Of a stretch of 64,000 nucleotides of DNA, positions 51,401-64,000 are shown piece after piece. The notes below the pieces were generated by a model, which saw nothing but the letters and a program-made list of their open reading frames with translations, did not search any database and was not told where the DNA came from. The stretch is from Chiloscyllium plagiosum (taxonomy: Eukaryota). The stretch is taken from positions 43,894,569 to 43,958,568 of the forward strand of contig NC_057728.1 of assembly GCF_004010195.1 (NCBI RefSeq). Reading direction: 5' to 3'. The translations under genes and the position numbers were made by a program. The stretch's first letter is position 1, and every line of letters begins with the position of its first letter.

Positions 51401-53154
51401 CCTCGCTGCTGAGATAGTAGATCCATCGGTTTTAATTTTCCAAAATTCCCCAGATTCTGAAAAGGTACCATTGCATTGGAAAATAGCAAATATCACGCAA
51501 TTACAGAATTATTTTGTTGCAGGAGGAGGCCATTCAGCCATTGTGCTAGTGACAGCTATTACTTAGTCCGGCTCTATTATCCAGGGCTAATTTCCTGCCT
51601 GTTCCCCATATCCCTGAAAGCCATTTATATCCAAGTAATCATCCAATGCCCCCTTGAATGCCTCAATTTAATCTGCCCACCACATTTCCTGACGGTGCAT
51701 TCTGTACCCTAAATACTCACTAAGTGAAACCGGTTTTTCTCACATCCTCCTTGCCTTGTTCAAATATGATTCATTTGTTTCAGAAAGAGGGGAAACAGAA
51801 ATCAGGAAACTACGGGTTATAGGGAATAGTGGACCTTTAGAAATTCTCGAGACTAATAGGCAAAGTCAACATGGTTCTGTGAAAGGGAAATCATGTTTGA
51901 TTCAATTAATGGGAGATTTTTGAGGAAGCAGCAAGGAATGTGGATATGGAGGAGCCATATCCACATTCCTAGAGCTCCAAACAGCACCTGACAAGATGCC
52001 ACATCAATGGCTTCTACACAGAAACAGTGCTCATTGTGTTGGGAACAACAATAGTGTAATAAGGAACAGGGTGTAGCGATAAGTCGGTCATTTTTGGATT
52101 GGCAAGAAGTAACAGGTGTTGTGCTACAGGAATGAGGTAGTGGCTCAACCATCTACAATTTATCTAAATGACTGGATAAAAAGACACATGTATAGTTTCT
52201 AAGTTTGTGGATGAGATAAAAATAGTTCTCAAACTAAATTGCGAAGAGGGCAGAGGGAGTGTACAAAGGGATATGGATGGTTTGCTGTGAGAGGCATGAG
52301 GCCACCCATAAAGAAGTGAATTGACAGTGGGCAAGACAGGAAACTGAGGATGAGGTAAAGGGCTTCCTCAGGAATCTGTCGTTTTAGAGAGCCCTGTTTA
52401 AATGCCCTGAGTGACAACATGACACATAAATAGCTTGATGTTTAATTTAAAATTCTGAGCAGTGCTTATCAAAATTCTAAAATATAATCTGATAATTGAT
52501 GATTGCCAACCTTATCCAATAGAATTAGAATTAGCTTTTTGAATTAGAATTAGCTTTATTGTCACATGTACTGAAATGAGTACAGTGAAAAGTTTATATG
52601 TCACCACTTATGGCATCATCTTAGGTACAAAGGTATCTAGGTATAGATTCTTGAGTACAAATTCCTACGGAAAAACATTAGAAAAATAAAGAAATGAAAA
52701 ATTCAGAGTAACAGTCTGTCCAACCTAGCCCTCGCTGGCACCTAGCCTCTCATCCACACCAGGCCTTGACCCCAGGCTGCACTGAACTTCGCCTCATGGT
52801 TCACGAGGTTGTGAGGCTGGAAGTTCATGCCCAGTCCATACCAGGCCAAAAGACCACCATGCCAAGCCGCCAAGAGACTGCTACGCTGCTACTACCACAT
52901 TGAACTGCCAAAAACTGCCAAACAGGTTGAGAGACTGCCATTCCGGGCTGAGAGACTGCCACACCAAGCCAAGAGATGGTCGGGCTGAGAGACTGTCACC
53001 CCAGACTGGGAAACTGCCATGTCAGGCCAAGAGACCATTACGATGGGTCTACGTTAAGGCTGGGAGTTGCCAGAAAAAAGAACGTAACAATAAAATAAAA
53101 ATAAATAGAGAAAAAAAAAAGAAACAGATGGAGCGGACAAGCTCCGGCTGAGAA

Positions 53155-54897
53155 GTCAAAGAACAAAGAAATAAAGAACAAAGAAAATTTACAGCCCAGG
53201 AACACGCCCTTCGGCCCTCCAAGCTTGAGCCGATCCAAATGTACTGTCTAAACCAGTCAGTCAATTACTAAGCATCTGTATCTGTCTGCTCCCCACCTAC
53301 TCATGCATCTGTCCAGACGCATCTTAAATGAATCTACAGTGCCTGCCTCTACCACCTCTGCTGGCAATGTGTTCCAAACGCACACCACCCTCTGTGTGAA
53401 GTACTTGCCGCATGTATCCCTCTTAAACTTCCCACCTTTCACTTTGAAAGCGTGACCTCTCATTATTGAATCCTTCACCCTGGGAAAAAGCTTGTCTCTA
53501 TCCACCTTGTCTATACCCTTCATGATTTTGTAAACCTCAATCAGGTCCCCCCTCAATCTCCTTTTTTTCTAATGAAAATAAACCTAACCTACTCAACCAC
53601 TCTTCATAGCTAGCACCTTCCATACCAGGCAACATCCTCATAAACCTTCTCTGTACCCTCTCCAAAGCGTCCACATCCTTTTGGTAATGCGGCGACCAGA
53701 ACTGTACACAGTATTCTAAATGTGGCCGAACCAATGTCTTGTACAATTTTAACATGACTTGCCAGCTCCTATACTCAATACCCTGACCAATGAAGGCAAG
53801 CATACTATATGCCTTCTTGACCACTCTATCCACCTGTGTAGCAAACTTCAGGGTACAAAGGACCTGCACTCCCAGATCTCTCTGCCCATCAACTTTTCCC
53901 AAGGCTCTTCCANNNNNNNNNNNNNNNNNNNNNNNNNNNNNNNNNNNNNNNNNNNNNNNNNNNNNNNNNNNNNNNNNNNNNNNNNNNNNNNNNNNNNNNN
54001 NNNNNNNNNNNNNNNNNNNNNNNNNNNNNNNNNNNNNNNNNNNNNNNNCACTGACCCCTGTGGAACACCACTGGTCACCTTTCTCCATTTCGAGAAACCT
54101 CCTTCAACTACTACTCTGTCTCCTGTTGCTCAACCAGTTCTTTATCCACCTAGCTAGAACACCCTGCACACCATGTGACTTCACTTTCTCCATTAGTTTA
54201 CCACAGGGGACCTTATCAAATGCCTTACTAAAGTCGATGTATATGACATCAACAGCCCTTCCTTCATCTATCAACTTGGTCACTTCCTCGAAGAACTCTA
54301 TTAAATTGGTCAGGCACGATCTCCCCCGCACAAAACTGATAAGCCCATTTTTTTCTAAATATAAATCAGTCCTATCCCTCAGTACCTTCTCCAGCAATTT
54401 TCCCGCCATTGACGTCCGGCTCACTGGTCTGTAGTTACCCGGAATATCCCTACTACTCTTCTTGTACGGGGGACAATATGAGCAATGCTCCAGTCCTCCG
54501 GCACCTCACCTGTATTTAAGGATGCCATAAAGATATCTGTCAGGGCACAAGCTATTTCCTCTCTTGCCTCCCTCAGCAACCTGGGATAGATCCCATCCGG
54601 TCCTGAGGATTTGTCCAACTTAATAACCTCTAGCCTACCCAACACGTCTTCCCTACTTATGTCAACGTGATCCAGACTAATCAAACTTCTACCTCTAACC
54701 TCAACATTCATCATGTTCCTCTCCTCAGTGAACACTGATGCAAAGTAATCATTCAGAATCTCACCCATTCACTCAGGTTCGACACACAGCCTTCCTTCAT
54801 TATCCTTTAGTGGACCAGTCCTTTCTCTAGTTACTCACTTGCTTCTTATATAAGAATAAAATGCTTTGGGATTCTCTTTAATTCTGCTCACTAAAGT
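53155..54897 (-). mobile_element. Relatively young CR1 LINE spanning an assembly gap
   Basis: KSSGPDGIYPRLL, DFSKAFDKVP, GVPQGSV, RPHLEYCVQFWSP, WNTLP; (AAAGAAC)n tail. Confidence 0.95.
53913..54048. other. Assembly gap (136 N)
   Basis: Run of N. Confidence 1.
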
Positions 54898-55324
54898 CCT
54901 ACTGCGCTGCTACCTTAGAAGATCTGAAAGGTGAATTTAGCAAGCAAAGCAGAACAGAGGAACCTCAATTATCCGAACAAGATGGGCAGGCACTGTTTCA
55001 TTCAGATAATTGATTATTTGATTAATCGATTCAATGCCTCTGCTTTGGGACTCAGAGTTTTCTATTAAGTCTGTTTCCCATTCAGGAGAGGAGACTGCAA
55101 CACACAGCGCGCGGGCCCCCGCCCTCCCCCAACACCATCTAACATCGCCCCCACCCCCGCCTAACCCCAATCCCGTCCGACATCGACCCCCCATCACTAG
55201 AGACTTGGGGAGTCAGGCGAGATTCAGAGAGAAATCAACTTTGATAACTCTGCTGCAAGTTGGGTTAGTCAAAACATCTGCAAGTACGTGCCAGTGGGAG
55301 TGGTGTATTTGAATTTTTAGAAGA

Positions 55325-55520
55325 CTTTTGATCCGTCAGAAATTTACCTGTACCTCTACCAATGTCATTTACTGCATCCGTCTCACCCTATGTGATCTCC
55401 TCTACATTGAGGAGACAAGACACCTTCTTGCAGACTATTTTCAGAGACCATCTATGGGACACAAACAAACACCAAGCACTCTCCATTGGTGGAACACTTC
55501 AACTCCCCCTCCCACACACC
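55325..55520 (+). mobile_element. PLE GIY-YIG remnant
   Basis: IRQKFTCTSTNVIYCIRLTLCDLLYIEETRHLLADYF. Confidence 0.8.
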
Positions 55521-57629
55521 TACAATGTTCCATTAATAGCTGTACATCAGAAAATGGAAATTGGTGAAAATTACAATCACCAGGGACATGATAATGTGCA
55601 AGCTGATGGAGTTATGGGCTGAAGTTCCTTGATTCTGATGGACTTCGGGTTGACTAATCAGGTAGTCACCTTGGTGTTAATTTTTCAAAAGTTCACCGTA
55701 TTCTGGAAAGTTTTCATCAACTTGTTAAATAGCAAATATGATCCATGTATTCAAGAAGGGAGGGAGGGAGAAAAGGAGAAATGAGAACCCAATTAGCTTG
55801 ATGTCTTTTATGGGAAAGCTGCTAGAATCGATCATTAAGGAGCTTAAACCCGGACAGTTGGAAACTTTTTAAGGTAAATTAGAAGAGTCAGCATAGTTTT
55901 GTGCTTGGGAAATCATACTTACCTGATTTGTTGGCATCCCTTGAAAGGCTACATAGTGCTGCAGATAAGAGGGGGCCCATGACAGATGTGCTTGGATTTC
56001 CAGAAGGCACTCAGTGAGTTGCCAGGTTAAAGGATATCGGCCAAAGTGGAAACATGTACTGTATGGGTTAATATTTTAGCAGGGGTGATATATTAGCATG
56101 TATAGAAGTTTGGCTGATTGGTTTAAAACAGAATGAATGGGACAAACCAAGTTCATGAATGTGGATGCACATATGGAAGCTGGTCATGGCTTGCCCAGGG
56201 AATCCAGTGGACCCCAGTAGGGAGATACAAGTAAGAAGGGGTCTCAGCCGTTAGTACACAGGTGAGAATGGTCAATAAGCACTCAGTTAGTGAAGGAAAT
56301 TGTCACCTTCTTGGAATTATGAACTCATAGAGGGAACAAAACTGCAAGGCACAAATTGGGTTGTGCATTGGTGTTCAGGGTCATCTGAGCATAAGGAAGG
56401 CAATCAGCCCTCTGCTTCTTCTGAGATATCTTTTCAACAGGAGGCAACTTGATGTACCTGCAGCCGTCCCATTTGTTATTTTTGCTGAAGTTGTTTTACA
56501 CTTGTACAGTAAAGCCTCCATTCCCATCACTCCTGTCCCTAATTGTCTGCCAAACCCAACTACAGGCCAATTAAGGGGATAATAAAGGGATGCCCTCACA
56601 AACATCGAAGCCAGTAACATTTTCCTGCATTGGTATATTTAAGACTTGGAAATAGACCCTATCCTAACTTTCTGCCCTGCCTCACAAGTCAGCTTAATTT
56701 AATAGTGGTTTATTGATCCATAATAAGCATTAAACTTATGTTTGATCTAACCCAAAATAATACCAGTAATATCCTCTAAATTTTAAGAATAGGGGCAAGA
56801 TTCTGAGCAATCATGAGCTGATGGTTGGAGCAAAAGATGGATGTTGAAACCAACTATTAAATGTTCAGAGATTATAGCTGATTAAGCAGCATGAGGTGAG
56901 GCCATTTAACTACAAAAAAAACAATCCCACAGTCTGTTTAAAACAATACTGCTTTTGGTGTGCTGTGGTAAGGTTTGTCAGTGAGATTAGTGGTTACTTC
57001 TAAGAAGTGTGATTTGAAAAGTAAGTAGACGACTGTAAAGAGACGAGGGATGTTCTAACTAGCCTGTGGTGTATGAATTACTTAAAATGATTTGAAGTTT
57101 AATGTGCTGGTTGCACTTATTTTGTGTAGTAACGTATGCCTCTCTGTGAGATCTAATGTGTGCAATTATACAAGATTTGTAAAAATGCTTTTATATTTCT
57201 AATGGCCAATATATTTCTGGATGAATAAAATGAAGAACTGAAACATGCTGGATATCTGAAACAAAATTAGAAATTTCTGGAGAAACTCAGCAGATCTGGC
57301 AGCATCTGTGGAGAGAAAAAGAGTTAGCATTTTGCATCCAGTGACCCTTCTTCAGAATATATGGATCTCACTGGGGCTTTTTATGTAAAGGTATTTGAAA
57401 ATAGATTTTCTGGCCATTGATACTGAATAATGCAGATGAAAAATGTATCCCTTATTTAATTGATTGGAGTAAACTTAATTTACAACATCAGATTTATGTC
57501 TCCCAGTCTGTCAATGGAAGTTGACAAATAGATTGAAGTTGCAGGTGTTCTAAATATATATTAACCAATCCTAGATTGTTAGCTAATGTGGAAAGATGAA
57601 GTGTAAAGTGAAGAAATTGGGTAATGCAG

Positions 57630-57955
57630 TAGTGCATGAAGGCTCAGTGGTTAGCACTGTTGCCTCACAGTATCAGGGACCCGGATTCAATTCCAGATTT
57701 GGGTGACTGTGGAGTTTGCATATTCTCCTTATGTCTGCATGGGTTTGTTCCCGTTTTCTCCCACAGTCCAAAGATGTGCAAGTTAGGTGGATTGGCTCTG
57801 CTAAATTGCCCGTACTGTCAGGGATGTATAGGTGAGGTGGATTAGCCGTGGGAAATGCAGGGTTACATGGATGGGGTAGAGGTGCTCATCAGACATTCAG
57901 TGTGGACTGTTTGGGCCAAATGGCCTGTTTCCACACTAGAGGGATTCTATGATTA
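57630..57955 (+). mobile_element. Older HE1-type V-SINE
   Basis: Diverged match to 59765-60088. Confidence 0.8.
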
Positions 57956-59764
57956 GCACACACCATTTTCTGTGGGGTGAACTGTCCTCTGTGCCAGCTT
58001 TGAAGGCTCTTACATAAAATGAAAAAGAGCAGTGCAGCCAAAGTTTGGACAAATTGTGAATTTTAATTATAAGAGTGCCTAAGGGTGTCTCATGGAAATG
58101 TCAGTGGTGCTACAAGAATGCCTTTTCTGATTGAATTGATGCAATTGGAACAATTTCACCCATAATCAGATAATGTTTCATTCTAATAATGGGTGGAAGG
58201 AGTTTTTAAAAACTGTCCATAGCACTGACCCTTTCATAAGCATTATACATTCCTCCAAAAACTTGCTATGATCAAAAAGAACTGTACATTTAAATTAACT
58301 TTGAAACTAGTATTAAAGGTCACCAAACTATAGCTGATGTATACATGTAATGACCAAATATATTCCAAAAAGTTTTTGAAAAACATTTCAACAAGAATTG
58401 AAGAAATTTATCGTGGTTCCAGATGTTTCAAATATATTATTCAAAGCTCTCATCTCCAGATGTGACCTCATCCGTGATATCATAACCATTTGCTAATATG
58501 CAATGTATACTCTTTTTTTAAGAAAATAATGGCTCTAATATCATTTGGCAGCACTTGTTATAAATTTGGCTGCAACTCTAATGATGACATCATTTTGTAT
58601 CTTCAGAGGAACAGACTGACTGTTGGGAAGCTTTCAGAAATTAAGACCCATCAAATATGCAAATGTGTATGCATTTTCTTAAAGCGTAGATAAATTGTTG
58701 ATGAAATTTATCGATGCAGGGGTTAGTCAATTTTGTTCAGCTTTTGAACAGAAAGAGTAAGTACATAGATGCAAGATGTATCTCCCACAGAAGGGAAATT
58801 GGAATGAGTTGCCAGAGACTAATCTTGCAGTCAGCTCAAAACTGACATTGATCATAGATAAATGGTTCCTTTCTCGCTGGAAACTTTGCTGTGCACGTAT
58901 ACAGCAGCCAGAAGAGAGGAAGGAATCAAACAATGCACATACTGCTCGGGTATCCTGTTTAAAAGGCCAGTAGTGAGTGTTGTCATTTTGATTCATTATG
59001 ATAGGACTTTTTCATTGGCAGACAATTTTTTTTTCCCTTTTAATCAGTTGATTTGTTTCAGGAGATTAGTCTTGAGATAAATTAATGCGAGGTATATTTG
59101 AAAAGTACTATTTTAGATCATCAGTTTATCATAATCATATAATGATAATGTGTAAGTTGGACCTTTACTCACTGGAGTTCAGAAGAGTAAGAGCCCTTTC
59201 ATGAAATAATATTTTGAAAAAGAAACTTTGAATTCAGCGTGAAAGCTTACAAATGCTAGACATTGATGAATTAAAGCTTTAGTAGATGGTTTACAGGACA
59301 TAACTGGAGATTTGATTTTAAACTTTAACATATTTCCATGTAATCTTTTCAAATTCTCCATTTTGTAACATTTTCCATGACTTTTATCTTTAGGCAATAT
59401 TTAATTCGGGTTGTAAAAATGGAAATGTGGCTGTAAGGAGCACTTTGACATGAAGAACAGAGGAGCTTTTTTAGATTAGATTCCCTACAGTGTGGAAACA
59501 GGCCCTTCGGCCCAACCAGTCCACACCAACCCTCCGAAGAGTAACCCACCCAGACCCATTTCCCTCTGACTAATGCATTTAACACTATAGGTAATTTAGC
59601 ATGGCCAGTTCACCTAACCTGCACACCTTTAAATGGAGAGAGACTGCAAAAAACTGTAGAAAAATTGGATTTGGGAATCTTCATGCATGAATTAGAAAAA
59701 TTAGCATCCAAGTTCAGCAGGTAGTAAGAAAGACAAAAGAGGGGGGGGGTTGAGAAGAAAAAGT

Positions 59765-60088
59765 GGGCGGCATGGTGGCACAGTGGTTAGCACTGCTGCC
59801 TCACAGCGCCAGAGACCCGGGTTCAGTTCCCGCCTCAGGCGACTGACTGTGTGGAGTTTGCACATTCTCCCCGTGTCTGCGTGGGTTTCCTCCGGGTGCT
59901 CCGGTTTCCTCCCACAGTTCCAAAGATGTGCAGGTCAGGTGAATTGGCCATGCTAAATTGTCCGTAGTGTTAGGTAAGGGGTAAATGTAGGGGTATGGGT
60001 GGTTTGCGCTTCGGCAGGTCGGTGTGGACTTGTTGGGCCGAAGGGCCTGTTTCCACACTGTAAAGTAATCTAATCTAATCTAAAAAAA
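59765..60088 (+). mobile_element. Full-length HE1 V-SINE inserted in a decayed CR1 (59630-60580)
   Basis: A-box TGGCACAGTGG, B-box-like GGTTCAGTTCC, V-domain core and TAATC tail; CR1 sequence resumes on both sides. Confidence 0.9.
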
Positions 60089-61129
60089 ATGTTGGTTATT
60101 TCAAAGGGAAAGCAAGGAACTGTACATAGCACTAGTCAGACCACAGCTGGATCACTCTGTGCAGTTTTGGTTCCCTTATCAAAGGAAAGATTGGAGACAG
60201 TCCAAAGAAAGTTCACTATTGATCCTGGATGTGGAGGGACTGCCTTATGAAGAGACGTTGTGTAAGTTGGACCTACACTCATTGGAGTTCAGAAGAGTAA
60301 GAGGCAACCTGATTGAAGCTTACAAGATACTTAGGGAATTTGACAAGGCAGGTACTGAGAGGTTGTTTCCCCTTGTCGAGTCTTAAGACCAGTGTTCTTA
60401 ATCTCAGAATAAGGGGTCACACATTTAAGACAGAGTTGAGGAGGAATTTAATAATCAAAGCTGAGGTAGACAGATTTTTAATCAGTAAGGAAAACAAATG
60501 TTATAGATAGAATTGATGATTATCAGATCAATTATGATCTCATTGGTAGAACAGACTCAATGGGCTGAATGGCCTACTTCTGCTTTAAGGAAAACTTAAT
60601 TCAGTGGGACCCTAATGATGGGGTGAAGTATAGGAATTAAGTCAGAGGTGGTTTGAGCCTCATATTGTTTTGTGGTTGCTATCTATTTTCAATCTGTCTG
60701 CATCCCGTGAATAGTCAGTACCTTAAATCCTTTTTCAAATTAAGTCTTACCTTCAAGGTTGAGTCAGAGGTGGACGGGAAACTTGTGGCATAGGTCGTTT
60801 GAAAGTTGGCATGCATCAATCCAATTCGTGCGTTTGGTTCTGGGATGAAGTTTTCTTGAAATTGTCACCAAACAGGGAAACAGGAGACTGCTAGCTTGGA
60901 TGGAAGGTCAGAAGACAGATATGCGGATAGGCAGTGAATTTCTGGGATCTGTAGATCTTTAAGAAAGGTACTTGGTACGCTTGGATACATAAATGTATTC
61001 CAGAAATGTCCTGTTGTCTTGTTAATGTTTGGGTAGGGATGCATTCTTACTCTTATACCTGGCCATATCAGCCTCAGTACCTCCAACTGCTAAACAATCC
61101 TCCTCTCCTCTGATCTTCAATGGGTCTTT

Positions 61130-61450
61130 CTCTGCAGGGAATGCTATATGGTTGAAAGTATCTTATTTCAGATGATATATTAAACTAAGGGCCCACCTAC
61201 TCAAGTGGATTTAAAAGGTCCTGCTGCACTATTTTGAGGAAGAGCAAGGAAGGAATCCTCAGTGTCCAGTGCAATATTTATCTATCATTCAACATCACAA
61301 AAAAGATATGAATATTATCACATTCTGTTTTTGGGGTTTTGCAGTGTGGCTGCATAATTTCCTACATTATAATACTGACTGCACTTCAGAAGTATTTAGT
61401 GGTTGTAAAGAATCCTGAAGTCATGAGAATGTAAATACTTTTCTATTTTT
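61130..61450 (+). mobile_element. Decayed Deu-domain SINE (SacSINE1/AmnSINE1-like)
   Basis: Resembles the recalled Deu core: aagtggat.taaaag.tcc..gcactattt..gaagagca..gtgtcc..caatatttat..ttcctacatta. Smaller fragments near 21680, 28790 and 37760. Confidence 0.6.
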
Positions 61451-64000
61451 AATTCTAGATGATTCAGTGGTGATAGTTGTTTGTAATGGAAGTGAGGGGT
61501 GTGGTGCTCTTCATTTGTACCCAATCAATTACTGGGCCCTGTTTGGTCTGCCTTAAGAATTAATGCTATGTTTTGAATCTGTGTATGTATCTCCATTTCA
61601 TGCCTTATCCATTGAAGGAAAATTCGTATGTATGAGTCAAGGGAATTTGGGTTGTGCAACAATTGTGGCCTTGTCAATTATGCCCATATCCCAAGAAAGA
61701 ACAAGAAAAAAAGAACTCAATAACCATATTATGTAAATTATAGAATCTATACCATTGTTCAAACTTAGCAGCTCCATGGACTCAGTATTTACTTGGTGTT
61801 TCCTTCCAAGGAAGCTCTTTTGTGGCATCAATTCCTTCATGTTTTGGGATACACCATCTGTTTTACTCCGTGCCTGCTGTTAGGTGTCAGATTTGATTAT
61901 AAAAATAACAGTTATAGCTACCTAGGCAGTGTTATTGTTACATAAAAATTTCCCCTTGCGGTATGTTTATATTATTTTTTGAAAACCATGCAGTCCCACA
62001 ATTTTGTTAGTACCTTCTACATTACAGTAAAGTCATACTAATTCCCATTTTTCATTTGTATCAAAATACAATCTATAGGTGTGATAGGTTGACTAAAACT
62101 CTGAAGTAGAATGTGAGGATGAAGGCATGCAATTTGAACAAGACCTGCGCAATGCCAGAAAAAGGAGAGAGTGCTGAGCATTTTAAGCAGAAACCAGAAA
62201 TAAAAACATTGTAGCCCAGAAACTTTGCAGGTGAGAGATTCTGTGAGGATGGATTATTTTTTGATGGAATTCATTCTCAGGATTTAAACTCCACTTGCAT
62301 CAAACCACATGCTGAGGAATTATCAGTGTATGTTAATTGGTCAGCGAGCTACTAACATTCTATTTAAAGTCCTTGTATAAGTTTCCAGATATTAATTTTA
62401 TAATTTAAGTACAATGAAGTCAGATTTTGTACTTTACCAACTTACAACATGATATCAAAGATTATCTTGATAGACTTGTCTTGAACAAAATTAGTCCCAC
62501 ACAATGACCTATTATGTTCTTTGAGGTACTCTTGAACAAATATGCAAAAAATAATTTGATTCATAAACCTTATAACCAGAAACAGTTTTTCAAATTAATA
62601 CACAATCTTCCAAATAAATCTGGTAATATTTATCTAACTGTTATTTTCCTTAAAGACAATGGTTCTAATACCAAACAAATGAAAAATATAGAAGAATGGA
62701 AACAATGACATAAACTTGCATGGTTTAATTATATGGATATAAGATTCCTGATCGAGACTGTTTTATGTCAGAGTTTTGTTGATAATGACCTTTGATTCAA
62801 CTGTAGTTAATTTTAATGCAATGTTATTTTTCATAATCTAAGGTGTTCCAACTCCTTTCTGTGCCACCCCAGGCTCTCTATTTCTGAGAGTTAACTAATT
62901 TTAAATCCAAATATACAACATACATTTAACCTTTCCAACAGTTTTCTTTATTGTTTCCGAATTGAATTTCAAATTCCCAAATGTTGTGGTTTAATCGGGT
63001 TACAACTGTTTCAAGGATGTAATGGTTCCATGTACCATGCTGCACCAGAACAAAAACAAATTAGGGGAGCATTTATGTAATGTCTTTTAGGTAGCCAAAT
63101 GTCCTAAGGCATTGTTGGACATATACTTTTGTATTGTGTATTTCTAATACTTCAGTTATTTTGGGAATATCGTCCATGGTGTCAGGTTTGCTGACAGACA
63201 TTGACACAAACCAGTCCTTGATCCCCTCAGCACAGCATTTAGATGATGCTGAAGGCAGGAACTAAATAATTGGTAGGCCATTTAAGATTGAGATGAGGGA
63301 GCATCTTCAATCAGAGGGTGCTTCATTAGTGCAATTTGCTACCACAGAAAGCTGTGAGTATATTAAAGAAAGAGATTGATAATGTTTTAGATATTAAAAG
63401 GCATCCAGGAGATTATAGAGAAAGCAGGGTTATGGCATTGAGATAGAGGATGAACCATGGTCAAGTGTCTTGAGAGTTGTTGGAGCTGTACCCATCCAGG
63501 CAAATGAGGGGTATTCCATTACACCCCTGACCAATGTTACCACAAATCATTTTTCTGCTCCATGGATCTTTAAGGGCACAGCTTTTATAAGTAGAAGCTT
63601 ATGCGTTAGCCCACCTTATGGCCTCCATGGAACCTTCTAGTGTTTGCAATGCACTTTAGAGGGAACATTGCTTTTGACTTGTTCCTTTTAGATGGTGGAT
63701 GGGTTTTGGGGAGTCAGGGGGTAAGTTACTCACTGCAGGATTATAAGATTGGGCAATCTAACGCTTCCCTCTGTTTAAGCAGTGTTGAATCACAGTTAAG
63801 GTTTCTTAAAAATCTCTAACTCTTGTAAGATTTCCCTTTTGAAGGAATTAATGGTCTGAAGATATTTTTGCACAACATGGAAAATTTACCAAGACTGGCA
63901 AGCTGTGTATCTCGACTATTCTAGCTTTTTGAAACTTTAAATCTTGAAACTAGTTACGTTGTGAATCCTTTTATTATGTGGCTAATGATTGGGGTTACTA

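Noticed and set aside
53790-54434. Longest ORFs (214 aa; also 7899-8456 and 46928-47470)
   Set aside because: Antisense or off-frame readings of CR1/PLE sequence, partly inflated by the N gap.
59765-59840. tRNA-like sequence
   Set aside because: Head of an HE1 SINE, not a tRNA gene.
50145-64000. METTL25 exon 4 (D.G.GKG SAM-binding motif)
   Set aside because: Not found by manual reading; presumed beyond the window, so no claim of gene truncation is made.

Overview
Vertebrate genomic DNA, most likely a shark. This is inferred from the repeat repertoire: HE1 V-SINEs, Deu-domain SINEs, abundant CR1 LINEs and Penelope-like elements. Three spliced genes were assembled by hand with consistent GT-AG sites and intron phases. 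(1) CCDC59 (TAP26): complete, 4 exons, minus strand, 211 aa. (2) METTL25: exons 1-3, plus strand, head-to-head with CCDC59; it continues beyond the window. (3) An unnamed minus-strand gene with 8 coding exons (12494 to 2350, 328 aa, open-ended) encoding two divergent calponin-homology-like domains about 100 aa apart, with a probable non-coding first exon near 19.3-19.5 kb. The rest is mostly transposon debris: CR1s, Neptune-type Penelope-like remnants carrying minimal hammerhead-ribozyme cores, two solo LTRs with 4-bp TSDs, a Tx1-type LINE 3' end, a decayed Harbinger transposase and SINEs. Most ORFs in the supplied track are TE fragments or noise. All calls come from manual reading; no searches were run.
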